Positions 1 through 9,500 of a stretch of 24,142 bases of DNA are shown in pieces. The stretch is taken from the IMG/VR virus record IMGVR_UViG_3300017764_000105, positions 1 through 24,142 of that record; one strand, 5' to 3'. Position 1 is the first letter of the stretch, and each line of letters begins with the position of its first letter. Origin of the DNA: a virus. Lineage: Duplodnaviria; Caudoviricetes. The position numbers and the translations under genes are program-made. The notes beneath the pieces are model-generated. The model saw only the letters and a list, made by a program, of their open reading frames with translations, was not told where the DNA came from and did not search any database.

Positions 1-118
1 GACCTACAAAAATTATAGTAGTGTCTGCATCTGTATTAGCTGATAACCATTTTGCCATATTATAATGGCCTGCATGTGGTGGTTTAAACCCACCAGGTAA
101 AAGTGCGATTTTTGACAT
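1..118 (-). CDS. N-terminal fragment of a cytidylyltransferase-like (HIGH-motif) nucleotidyltransferase; runs off the window edge
   Basis: Not in the ORF track. Manual translation from ATG at 118 gives MSKIALLPGGFKPPHAGHYNMAKWLSANTDADTTIIFVG. The hydrophobic strand followed by GGFKPPHAGH matches the G-x-F-x-P-x-H-x-G-H signature of the CTP_transf_like family. Confidence 0.8.
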   Translation of the reverse strand, partial: MSKIALLPGGFKPPHAGHYNMAKWLSANTDADTTIIFVG

Positions 119-128
119 TAATTGTACA

Positions 129-145
129 GTTTATTATAAATATAA
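129..145 (-). promoter_or_regulatory. Candidate phage late promoter TTATATTTATAATAAAC (copy 1)
   Basis: Intergenic, 10 nt upstream of the ATG at 118. An identical 17-mer lies at 6553-6569 with the same spacing. Confidence 0.6.
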
Positions 146-149
146 ACCT

Positions 150-1073
150 TTACGACAAGGCTAGCCTCTTTTTCATTAATGTAGAGGTAGTAAGTTTTAT
201 TGCGTTGTGAAGCAATTTTGTAAAGTTTTTAAAACCAAGTTCAGATGGATCTTTATCACCCATTTCTATAAGATAGACTTTTTTCCCATAAGACATAAAA
301 GTTTCAGCATGGTTAAAAGCATCCTTTAAAGCATCTTCATCTAAAGCAAGATATATTTTTTTTACGTTAGATTTAATAATTTTTTTCATTAAAGTTGTAG
401 ATAATTTTTTTCCAAATAAAGGAATCGCATTACGTTTTATAGCCATAGCATCGAACGCACCTTCACATAAAATCACGGGTAAATCCCAGTTTATATACAT
501 TTCAAACCCAATTATGTCCTTGGTACTGGAAGCCAACTTATGCTTAATATACGCGTTTTTATCAAACGAACGACCTACATAATAATTTAAGAAACCATCT
601 TTATCATATGAAGGTATTACAACCATATTTCTTAAAGGACCTTCCTCACAATAATGTAAATCATATTTTACTACGTCTTGTTGAGTAATTCCTCTTTGGT
701 TTAAATAATGTAATGCATGTCTTGATAAAACTGCAGAACTAGACATTATGGGGGTTACTCCTTGGGGAAATTGTAAAGTATTAGTGTCAACTTTTTGTTT
801 AATTTGTTTTTTAAAATTGTATTGTTGATCTATTTCTTTTAAAGCTCCAAATGCAGCTCCAGGTGCGTTGGATTTTTTAAGTAATTGAAAGGCTCTATGA
901 CCTTTATAACCACAAACCCAACATTGAAATTTTTGTGATAATAAATTAAACGTTAATTTTTTCTTATGGTGGTTACAAGAAGGACAAGTAAAAACAGCTT
1001 CGTCTCCTCCACGAGCAGATTTACTTCTACCTAAAATTGATTCTAATAATTTTTTTAATAGATCTTCTTTCAT
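150..1073 (-). CDS. dnaG: Phage DNA primase (DnaG type: Zn-binding domain plus TOPRIM)
   Basis: N-terminal CPSC..HH...CWVC zinc motif. Catalytic-core features YLNQRGI, VVIPSYD and YYVGRS. TOPRIM motifs ILCEGAFDA, PLFG, YLALDEDA (DxD) and KDPSE. Confidence 0.92.
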   Translation of the reverse strand: MKEDLLKKLLESILGRSKSARGGDEAVFTCPSCNHHKKKLTFNLLSQKFQCWVCGYKGHRAFQLLKKSNAPGAAFGALKEIDQQYNFKKQIKQKVDTNTLQFPQGVTPIMSSSAVLSRHALHYLNQRGITQQDVVKYDLHYCEEGPLRNMVVIPSYDKDGFLNYYVGRSFDKNAYIKHKLASSTKDIIGFEMYINWDLPVILCEGAFDAMAIKRNAIPLFGKKLSTTLMKKIIKSNVKKIYLALDEDALKDAFNHAETFMSYGKKVYLIEMGDKDPSELGFKNFTKLLHNAIKLTTSTLMKKRLALS

Positions 1074-1699
1074 TCCCAGGTAACATCTTCAAATATAGGA
1101 GATTTCATTTCTGTTTCTATTTTTTCTATTTTTTTAAAAAAATTAGGTAAATCCTCATCACTTATTTTTTTATATTCTATAAACATTTTAACTCTTATAT
1201 CTCCCCTTTGAACCCTAAATAAGTCTTCTTCATTTGTTTTTTCTTTTTTATCACCAAAATAAATATAAGTAAAGCCCCCATATTCTTTAAGTTTAAAATT
1301 TATGTCATTAAAAATAAATCCATTTTGAATAAGTTCATTATATAAAATTGTTTGACCTTGAGAAAGGGGTTTATATACTATACAAGTATATTGAGGGTAT
1401 TGTTTGAAAAAATTAAAAGAAATATCTCTTAATTTTGCTAAAAATTCTAATGTTTCTGTTCTGTTGTTTTTTAGTTTATTATTAAATCTTATAGATTCAT
1501 TATTATTCATTTCAAAATTTCCCCATATATAATTTTTATTTTCTGCTCTTATAGGTCCAAAATTTCCTATTACTCCTATATCATCATAAAGTCCTTCAGT
1601 TTCTAAAAATGAAATTCCCAATTTAGTACTATCATGTAAATCAAATTCACACGCAAATCTTCTTTTATTTTCTATTCTACTTATTTCTTTTATTTCCAT
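1070..1699 (-). CDS. Hypothetical protein (209 aa)
   Basis: Long ORF in very AT-rich DNA, overlapping both neighbours (ATGA overlap with the primase start; 10-nt overlap with the GIY-YIG stop). No confident family. Confidence 0.7.
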   Translation of the reverse strand: MEIKEISRIENKRRFACEFDLHDSTKLGISFLETEGLYDDIGVIGNFGPIRAENKNYIWGNFEMNNNESIRFNNKLKNNRTETLEFLAKLRDISFNFFKQYPQYTCIVYKPLSQGQTILYNELIQNGFIFNDINFKLKEYGGFTYIYFGDKKEKTNEEDLFRVQRGDIRVKMFIEYKKISDEDLPNFFKKIEKIETEMKSPIFEDVTWE

Positions 1700-2124
1700 G
1701 TTTTAAAATCTTTATCATAAAACTTACCTAATATATTATCATTAAGAAATTTAGGTGTTTCTAAAACTTCTAATATAAATTGATATTTACATTCTAAATA
1801 TGTAAGTTGTTTTTTATTAAAAGCCACTTGTAAGATGTTTCTTTCTAGATCTTCTTTATTTGCGTCTTTTATAAAACTATGAGAACCATAGTAAGTTTTC
1901 CAATCGCTTTCCTTTTGTACCTGTTTGTACATGGGAGGACGGCCTTTTCCTTCCCAAAGTGCTTTTTCTTTTTTACCTAATTTTTTCTTTAAATTATAAA
2001 TAAAAGATTTTTTACCAATGTACTTCTTTCCTGTTGGGACATGAGTTGTTTGGTAAATAAAACCGAATGCTCCTTCTGGGAGGTCAGTTATTTCATTAAT
2101 TTGTTTTCCTATATAATACCACAT
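1690..2124 (-). CDS. GIY-YIG family nuclease (Seg-like catalytic domain only)
   Basis: GFIYQTTHVPTGKKYIGKK (GIY-x-YIG), WKTYYGS, conserved Glu in LTYLE and Asn in FLNDNI. No C-terminal DNA-binding extension. Confidence 0.85.
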   Translation of the reverse strand: MWYYIGKQINEITDLPEGAFGFIYQTTHVPTGKKYIGKKSFIYNLKKKLGKKEKALWEGKGRPPMYKQVQKESDWKTYYGSHSFIKDANKEDLERNILQVAFNKKQLTYLECKYQFILEVLETPKFLNDNILGKFYDKDFKTWK

Positions 2125-2148
2125 AACAATTAATGTATGAAAGAGATT

Positions 2149-4752
2149 TTAGGTATCCCAGCGAAGTATGAAAGTTGTGTCAGTTTCATCTGACATTCTA
2201 ACAGGTTGTCCTAATTTACCAACCACTAATAATTCATAATTATCATCATATAAACCAATAGTAGTTACGTAAGGATTCCAAATAGAACCTGTAGCAAAAT
2301 TTGCTATATTTTCGTGCTCTTCATTTGTTATACATCTAGCCGAAACATTATTTGTAAAATTATATTCTTGTTCGTCTGCAGTACATTGGTATTCATTTTC
2401 AACTAAAGGTAGAGTGTTTTTAAAAGAAATAGATGAAGTTATATTATGATGTTTAAAATGATGGAAATAATGGGGATTTGTAATAGTAATTAATCCCATA
2501 CTATAAAATATATTACCTACTATAGGAGTACCTATATATTTTGATTCATAATAATTTTCTTCTATTTCACTATTTTTTAAAGCTCTAGGATAAATTGCAA
2601 TGTTTTGTAAGGATCCTGTGTAGAAGTTTTGTATTCCTCCTTGACATCCTATATACATGTTAGATTTATTTTGAGTTATTCCTAATTCTTTACCACATAT
2701 AGATCCCGATTTAATAGATTCTAATTCTGATACTTGTAATACTCCATCCACATATATACTCATTACTGATTGTGAATATTGGCATACTACATTATAAATA
2801 GAACCCGTTCCCACTGTTAAAGGTCCTGTTGAAACAGTAACTGGATCTAATCCATTACTTCTTCTAAAACATAAAGAATTATATGTTGAATTATTTTGTG
2901 TTACTGTTCTGCTTTGACCAGATGCTATTAAACTTGATACACTTGTGCAATTATTGGATATACTATCTATAAACTGTTGTGCTGTTAAATAATCTACACC
3001 ATGATAATTTTTAACTGGATCTGAATTCCACCCGGGGATTGTTGATGTTGATGGGATACTAGGATGACTAGAATTATCTAAAAATCCTAATAAAATATCT
3101 CCTGTAGTTGGTGGTGTTCCTATATTAGTGGGGTATAAAGTAGAAACAGGTCCATTTAAAACCCCATTATTATCCGTGAATGTATTTCCGGGTATTCCTA
3201 AAGTAGATAATGGTGGTGTTGTAGAAGTATCTGAGGTGAAATAATCAAATAGATCTTGATTTGATATTGATTGTAATGTAATTGATCCTGGAGTACTATT
3301 AGTATACTGACCTAAAGTATTATTCCAAACCCACCCAGAAGGTGCTTGTGTTTCTCTATTAAATTGATTTCCATATCCTGATAACCATGGACTAGGAGGT
3401 GAAGCAATAGCTACTGCTATTCCCCCCGTACAAGATATACTTGATGTTGTAATAGGAGAAGTTGCTACTTGTTGGGTAGTACATCCTTCATTAGATCCTG
3501 ATAAAAATATTTCAAAAGGATATTGAGGTTCAGATTCTATTTCTACTTCTTGATTTGCTCCTGATACATTTAAATTTAATGCTTTTATTGCTTTAGCTTC
3601 TAAAGAAGATGCATTTACTGTTTTTGTTTTGCTTTTTCCTATTATATGAAATTCAGAACTTGAAACATTTCCATCACATTTAAAAGGAGCAGGTTTTAAA
3701 TTAAATGTAATAGTAAAATCATCTCCTGGATTAAAATCAAACTTTTCATTATGAGGAGATCTTAAATAACTTCCTCCTTTTTTTCCATGACCTGCTACTA
3801 TTCCTGGGTCGTTTCTTTTTAATACATTTAAAGAATGAGGAGTTTGACAATGAAAATCCATAAATGTATGATGAGTATAATCTGTTTGGTTTCCTAATAT
3901 TATTTCACTAATTGAGTGAGAATGAGGGATAAGTCTATAATTAGGAAAATAGGGATATTTAGTAAATCTAATATTATTATAATCTACTAATCCATGATAG
4001 TAACTATCTTCATATACATCTTCCATACTGTATGCTGGTACTTTACATCCTGCACTATCAAATTCTGGTAAAGTAGAAAATAATCCTAAACCTTTAGGAT
4101 CATAATGTATTGAATGTGTAGTATAATCTGGTATATGCTCACCATGTTTTGTTTTAGTTAAATCTAAAAATCTATATGAATTTATAGGGTTAAGATAAAA
4201 AATTCTATCATCTTTGAAATATTCTGGATAGTTATAAGTTAAAGAATTAGGAAAAGATTCTGTAGTAAATGCTTGTGATCCTGATCCTAAATTTGTTTCT
4301 AAATGAATTATATTACCTAAACCATCATCTATAAATCTACCTGTTAGTTGTATTTTATTTCCTAAACTAGCTGTTGCTCTAAAATCTTTTACTTTAGTTA
4401 TTGTTTCTAATTGTAGAGATTTTTGTTTAATTTGAACTCCATACATGTTTTGGGGTATAGAATAAACATAAACTTCTTCATCTAATTGTCTATGTTGTTT
4501 TAAATAATGAACATTACCAAATTTATTAGCTACATCTACGGGATAATCCCCATAATATAAATGTTCTAGTTGTTTATGAGCACAAGTTGAAGCTCCATAT
4601 TCTTCTTTTGCACTTTGGCTCCATGAAGCTGTTACAAAATAAGTGTGTTTTATAGAGTCAGATTTACCTTTTAAGGTATAAGTGTACTGTTTATGTGCAT
4701 TAAAGGGTACAACCGCTATATCTGATGCCTTTAATTTCTTGTATACAAACAT
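2149..4752 (-). CDS. Virion/baseplate-associated structural protein with a LamG/concanavalin-like domain interrupted by an insert, and a tail-collar-like C-terminus
   Basis: LamG-like motifs FDFNPGDDFTITFNLKP, YNVVCQY..MSIYVDGVLQ, MYIG...FYTGSLQNIAIYPRAL..EI. C-terminal YVTTIGLYDDNYELLVVGKLGQP is paralogous to the 357 aa neighbour. Confidence 0.75.
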   Translation of the reverse strand: MFVYKKLKASDIAVVPFNAHKQYTYTLKGKSDSIKHTYFVTASWSQSAKEEYGASTCAHKQLEHLYYGDYPVDVANKFGNVHYLKQHRQLDEEVYVYSIPQNMYGVQIKQKSLQLETITKVKDFRATASLGNKIQLTGRFIDDGLGNIIHLETNLGSGSQAFTTESFPNSLTYNYPEYFKDDRIFYLNPINSYRFLDLTKTKHGEHIPDYTTHSIHYDPKGLGLFSTLPEFDSAGCKVPAYSMEDVYEDSYYHGLVDYNNIRFTKYPYFPNYRLIPHSHSISEIILGNQTDYTHHTFMDFHCQTPHSLNVLKRNDPGIVAGHGKKGGSYLRSPHNEKFDFNPGDDFTITFNLKPAPFKCDGNVSSSEFHIIGKSKTKTVNASSLEAKAIKALNLNVSGANQEVEIESEPQYPFEIFLSGSNEGCTTQQVATSPITTSSISCTGGIAVAIASPPSPWLSGYGNQFNRETQAPSGWVWNNTLGQYTNSTPGSITLQSISNQDLFDYFTSDTSTTPPLSTLGIPGNTFTDNNGVLNGPVSTLYPTNIGTPPTTGDILLGFLDNSSHPSIPSTSTIPGWNSDPVKNYHGVDYLTAQQFIDSISNNCTSVSSLIASGQSRTVTQNNSTYNSLCFRRSNGLDPVTVSTGPLTVGTGSIYNVVCQYSQSVMSIYVDGVLQVSELESIKSGSICGKELGITQNKSNMYIGCQGGIQNFYTGSLQNIAIYPRALKNSEIEENYYESKYIGTPIVGNIFYSMGLITITNPHYFHHFKHHNITSSISFKNTLPLVENEYQCTADEQEYNFTNNVSARCITNEEHENIANFATGSIWNPYVTTIGLYDDNYELLVVGKLGQPVRMSDETDTTFILRWDT

Positions 4753-4764
4753 CGGATATCATTT

Positions 4765-5838
4765 TTAGTAGTCAATTTTTACTTTTATTAAGCTTTCTTT
4801 TGTAAAATCTTTTGCTAGTGGTTTACTTAATTTAGCTACAGCTAATAAATCCCCATTTTCATTATATAAACCAACTGTTGTAATATATACTGTTGGTTGG
4901 TCTGCCATAGATTGGAATCTTAGATTTCCTTGAGTATCTATAAAAGAGGGATTTGTTGTATAATTAAATTCGCTGTTTTTAACTCTTGTAAAATAATATT
5001 GAGAGGTAACTTTTTCTTCACTATCACAAATAAAGTTAGATCCATATTGAATAGCATTTAATAGCTTATGAATATTAAAACCAGGTGAATTTATAGTATG
5101 GTTAGGGGTTAAATTTGTTGTGAAATTTGCATTTGTACTTCCTCCTAAATTAGCTGATAAAGCTGAAGGATTTAAAACAATAAAACCAGCATCAGGATAA
5201 AAGAAACCATAAGATCCTAATTGTTCATTTCCTATTCCTGCTGATAGGTTACTTTTTTGTGGGGATATTGCTTGGCCACTTGAACCCGAAACTATATCAT
5301 ATTGTCTTCCACACATAGTCATTTTTGCTGAACCTGTAGTTGTAACACTATTATCAGTTAATTGAATTAATGCTCCTGTGTCTGATTCTCCTAAAAATAA
5401 ATTAAGTGTTCCTGGTTTTAAATTTTGTTTATAATTTTTTCTTTCAATATTAATTACCCAAACATCTTGTGGTGTAAAACCATTGAAATTAAATTCTTGT
5501 AATTCATCTCCAAAAACTAATTGTCTATAATGGCTGTAATTCCATTTAGTAGCACTATAACCAAATGATCCTGTGTCATTTGTAAAATCTAAAGATCCTG
5601 AACCATCTCTGTGACCATATGCTATTGAGTATTCTTTTGAACTAGAAATAGATCCTGTATGCATGTTATAAACATCCATGAAAAAATTACCTTGGGATGA
5701 AGGTAATGTTTGGTCTGATTGCATAGAGGATGTAAAAGCTGTTCCTAAATTATTTGTGTTATCAGCCCATGTTGAGGTTGATATTCTTTTAGTATCAATT
5801 ACTATATCTTCTGAATTAAATCTTATTAATGTTGACAT
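4765..5838 (-). CDS. Virion/baseplate structural protein, paralog of the 867 aa protein
   Basis: EFNYTTNPS and YITTVGLYNENGDLLAVAKLSKP match EYNFTNNVS and YVTTIGLYDDNYELLVVGKLGQP of the 867 aa ORF. The motif resembles the C-terminal part of phage tail-collar fibre (P2 gpH N-domain/DUF3751) domains. Confidence 0.7.
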   Translation of the reverse strand: MSTLIRFNSEDIVIDTKRISTSTWADNTNNLGTAFTSSMQSDQTLPSSQGNFFMDVYNMHTGSISSSKEYSIAYGHRDGSGSLDFTNDTGSFGYSATKWNYSHYRQLVFGDELQEFNFNGFTPQDVWVINIERKNYKQNLKPGTLNLFLGESDTGALIQLTDNSVTTTGSAKMTMCGRQYDIVSGSSGQAISPQKSNLSAGIGNEQLGSYGFFYPDAGFIVLNPSALSANLGGSTNANFTTNLTPNHTINSPGFNIHKLLNAIQYGSNFICDSEEKVTSQYYFTRVKNSEFNYTTNPSFIDTQGNLRFQSMADQPTVYITTVGLYNENGDLLAVAKLSKPLAKDFTKESLIKVKIDY

Positions 5839-5849
5839 TCTTTATTATT

Positions 5850-6542
5850 TTATTTAAGGAATATTCCTGTTTCTCCTTGACTTCCTTTGGTTGCTATTAC
5901 TTCTTTTGAAATTTCAACTGGAATTGTTGTTCTAGCTCCAGAATCAATACCTTCTATAGTAATAGTAGTAGATAATTTTGTATTAGATCCAAATAATGAT
6001 GTACTATTAATAGCACTTAAAGTAAAAGACATACCCTTCATAGTTTCACTTAAAGCAGAATCACTAAATGGTCTTCTTCTTGTTACTTTTCCTTTTTGTC
6101 CTACTCCTACAAATGATTGCATTAATCTTCTATCTGCAATTGTAGCCATATACCCTGAAGGTTCTTTTAGATTAGCTACACCTCCAAAATTAAGAGTAGT
6201 TGGATTCACATTTGTTGTTGAACCAAGAGATAATTGAATTTTAGACACATTAGCTGTTACAATAGGTAATTTAGTTGTTCCTCTTGGTAAAGTAACTAAT
6301 TTATGAACCATAATGTTGTTTTCATCTGGAAATGCTTCTAATAATGTTCCATTTTCAATAGCTTCTCCCGCAAATTGTGATCCGTTAGGATGAAATTCAT
6401 TAAATAATGAATAATCTATTTCATCATCTGCTAATGCAAATTGTGTTACTCTGAAAGAACCATCATTTCTAGCTAATAATTCGCGTCCTCTTTTAGTTAA
6501 GACTGCGTCTACTATAACTTGTGTGTTGTCTAAATATCCCAT
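5850..6542 (-). CDS. Virion/baseplate structural protein (tail-collar-like N-terminus)
   Basis: N-terminal AVLTKRGRELLA...FRVTQFALADDE resembles the LT.xG...LA....IT.(F/M)AxGD start of P2 gpH/DUF3751-type domains. Sits in the structural cluster downstream of the 17-bp motif. Confidence 0.7.
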   Translation of the reverse strand: MGYLDNTQVIVDAVLTKRGRELLARNDGSFRVTQFALADDEIDYSLFNEFHPNGSQFAGEAIENGTLLEAFPDENNIMVHKLVTLPRGTTKLPIVTANVSKIQLSLGSTTNVNPTTLNFGGVANLKEPSGYMATIADRRLMQSFVGVGQKGKVTRRRPFSDSALSETMKGMSFTLSAINSTSLFGSNTKLSTTITIEGIDSGARTTIPVEISKEVIATKGSQGETGIFLK

Positions 6543-6552
6543 TGTTTTTATT

Positions 6553-6569
6553 GTTTATTATAAATATAA
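6553..6569 (-). promoter_or_regulatory. Candidate phage late promoter TTATATTTATAATAAAC (copy 2)
   Basis: Intergenic, 10 nt upstream of the ATG at 6542; identical to 129-145. Confidence 0.6.
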
Positions 6570-6583
6570 TGTTTTTTTGTTTC

Positions 6584-9500
6584 TTAATAATCTTTACCCT
6601 TTATTCTTCTTTTTAATTTGTAAAACCATCCTCTTCTTTTTCTTTTCTTTAATTTTACTCTAGGGGGTAAATAAGTTCCTTTTTTAATTGATCTATCTTT
6701 ATATTTTGGTGCTTTTTCTTTTTCAATTAAACCTGCTTTACTTAAATAGTAATCTAAATTTGCTTTAATTCTAGGATTTAAAGTATCGGGTATAAGTATA
6801 AATCCTTTTTGGCCTACGCCCTGTGGTAGGTCTACTCCCTTATTTATGTCTGTTAATATAAAATTTGGTTTTTCTTCTGATTTAGAAATAGTCCATTTAT
6901 TTAAACCTGGCCATCCTTTTCTTTCTCTAAAGTCTATATATTTAGTTCCTGTGTAAAAATGTCTATAATTATTTCCATACATGTAAGCTGTCCAAACAGC
7001 TGCACTATTATATACCCAACTTCCATTTGTACCTCCTGTCCCATTAGGATCGTTTTGTCCCCCATTTCCATCATTTATAAATTGTATTCCACTAGTATCT
7101 CCTACTTCTACAAAAGGAGATCCATTCATAAATCTAGGAGCATTAATACCCCCTGCATATAATCCACCTATGGGACCATATCCACTCATTATTCCCTGAT
7201 AATCTGGTCTATTTGTGTCTTGTTTAGTCCAAGGATTACCTGTATCAGGATTAATTGGATTAGCTAAAGACCAAGACACTGCTGGTTCAGAATAATCATA
7301 CCATCCCATTCCTATTTCTGCTGCATCCCCCATTCCGGCTAATAAATTATGTGCGTTTCTTACTCCTACTTTTTCGGGTGTATTAGAATACATCATGCTT
7401 CCAAAAGTAACTAAAGGTCTAACATAATTTAAATAATAACTATAACTCCCTACGTTAGATGGATCTCCTGAAGTTGCATCTGCATAATTTAAAGAAGGAG
7501 TTCCAGGATATCCTGGTACGTTTCCATCTCTACGCTCTAAGTAAGGGTGGTCTTCTCTATGAAAACTTTGATTAAATGATTTATCAACAAATTTAGCTTC
7601 ATTAAGTGTTAAAATATATAAATCATCTTGTTTATGGCATTCATCCATAAATATTTTCATACTTGATGTAACATCTCCAGCACAACTTTCAGATACCCAC
7701 TTTATATTTTTTTCTCCTCCTTTACCAAACCACCAATCTGCTGATGGGTTTTTGTCATTTATTTCAAATGTTCCTGATAATACTCTTCCTAACATTTTAG
7801 TATTAGAACTATCTGCAGACATACCTCCTACTGGTCTATGTACTGGAAGAAATTTAAAAGTATAATATCTCATACCTCCTGGTAATGGATCTAATCCAAA
7901 AAAGTTACTTACTCCTGGACCTGAATTCCAACTACCCTCAATTCCTTTTTCTTGGTGTTTAGGAAAATCTAATTCATTTCTTCCAAAATCCATACCTGCT
8001 CTTTTAAAACCTCCAGAAAAGAAACCACCTTCTCCTCCTCCAATATCACTAGCTAAATAATAATAACCACCATCATTAGCATCAACTGGAGCTTTTCTAA
8101 ATTGAGCTCCCTCATTTATTTTTTCAGAACTTCCATGAGGGAATAAAGCTGGATTAGAGGTACCAACATGACCATGTCCAGTACTTGATAGATAACTTCC
8201 TCCGTTTAATTCAAAGTTTCTTCCTGTTCCTGGATAATGTCCTGAGGATGTATGATGAGCTGATTCTGTTGTGTAAGATGCTATTTCTGAAAAGTATCCT
8301 CTATTCCAATGTACACCATAACTTGATCTTAAATTATTTTCTTGATCATAATCTAATAATTTCATTCTAAAATCTGTAGACCAAGGAAAAGTAGACTGCA
8401 TTAAATTTTGGAATGTTCTGTCTTCTCCTTCTGATTTTATTTCTTGTACAAAGAAGGAATCATCAGTAGAATTAAATATATAAGCTTTTTCTAATTTAAG
8501 GTATGAAAAATCAGGACCTGGTCCTGGGAATACATCACTTTGTTGATAACCATACACTGTATTTCCAAAGAATACTGCATTTGAATAATTTTCAATTACT
8601 GGTGTTTTGCCATAAGTTAAATCTCCATCTGATTCTCTTTCAGGAATAATTGCTGATCTAGAAACAAAAGTTTGATTATAACCCCATGTTGAATCAATAT
8701 TAAGTTGAGCAACACCATTTACTGGAGTTCCATCTATGTCTACATAACTAAAAGGACCTTGATGAACATATTCTCTTTCTTCATATCTAATTTGATATTC
8801 TGAAGATAATCTATTATTTCCTGTTACCTGTTCATTTTGTCCTGGATCTATTCCTAAAAAGAAAGGACCCCCATTTAATCCTTTAGGATCTATTGGGTTT
8901 AATTTTATATGAGTAGGAATTAAGTCAAAAGTAGATTGTTTTCTTTCTATTTTTTCTGGTTCTTGAGTATATGAGTTTATTTTGTAAAAAGAAGTTGGTA
9001 CTAAAGGTACATCATATATTTTAGGTCCAAAAGGTGGATAAGGTAAAGATTTATTTGCTTTTTGATAAGTTTGATCTGTTCCTGCAGCAGTAGTTGCTCC
9101 TCCGGGTCCACAAGATTTTGGTGGGTATTGTTCTCTACCTGCATAATCTTTAAATTCTGATTGCCATTGACAAGATCTTTGAGTTATTCCAAATAATGTT
9201 GTTGCAATACCATTATCTATTCTTTTTTCAAAAGGATTACCTACTTTATATGTGTTATTTAAAGTTACATTAAAAGAAGAAGTTAATATAAATTGTAATC
9301 CATCTATACTGGTATCTAAATTAGGATTTTGAATAGGACCTATTTCTTTTCCTTCATCCATTTCATCTGTATATTCATTGTAATATAAAGATCTTAATTT
9401 GGATCCTTCCCATCTTGCTCTAGTCCAACCTTTTTGATTTAAAAGACCATCATTAAAACATACATTATAAAATTTACCAAATGTAGGTACAGGTTGTACA

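Noticed and set aside
2125-2148. Bacteroidota sigma70-type -7 promoter (TAnnTTTG) upstream of the GIY-YIG gene
   Set aside because: TACATTAA is only a partial match and no clear -33 TTTG is present; too weak to list as a feature.
5887-6237. 116 aa plus-strand ORF
   Set aside because: Lies wholly antisense to the 230 aa structural gene, lacks an ATG start and has no recognisable motif; a shadow ORF.
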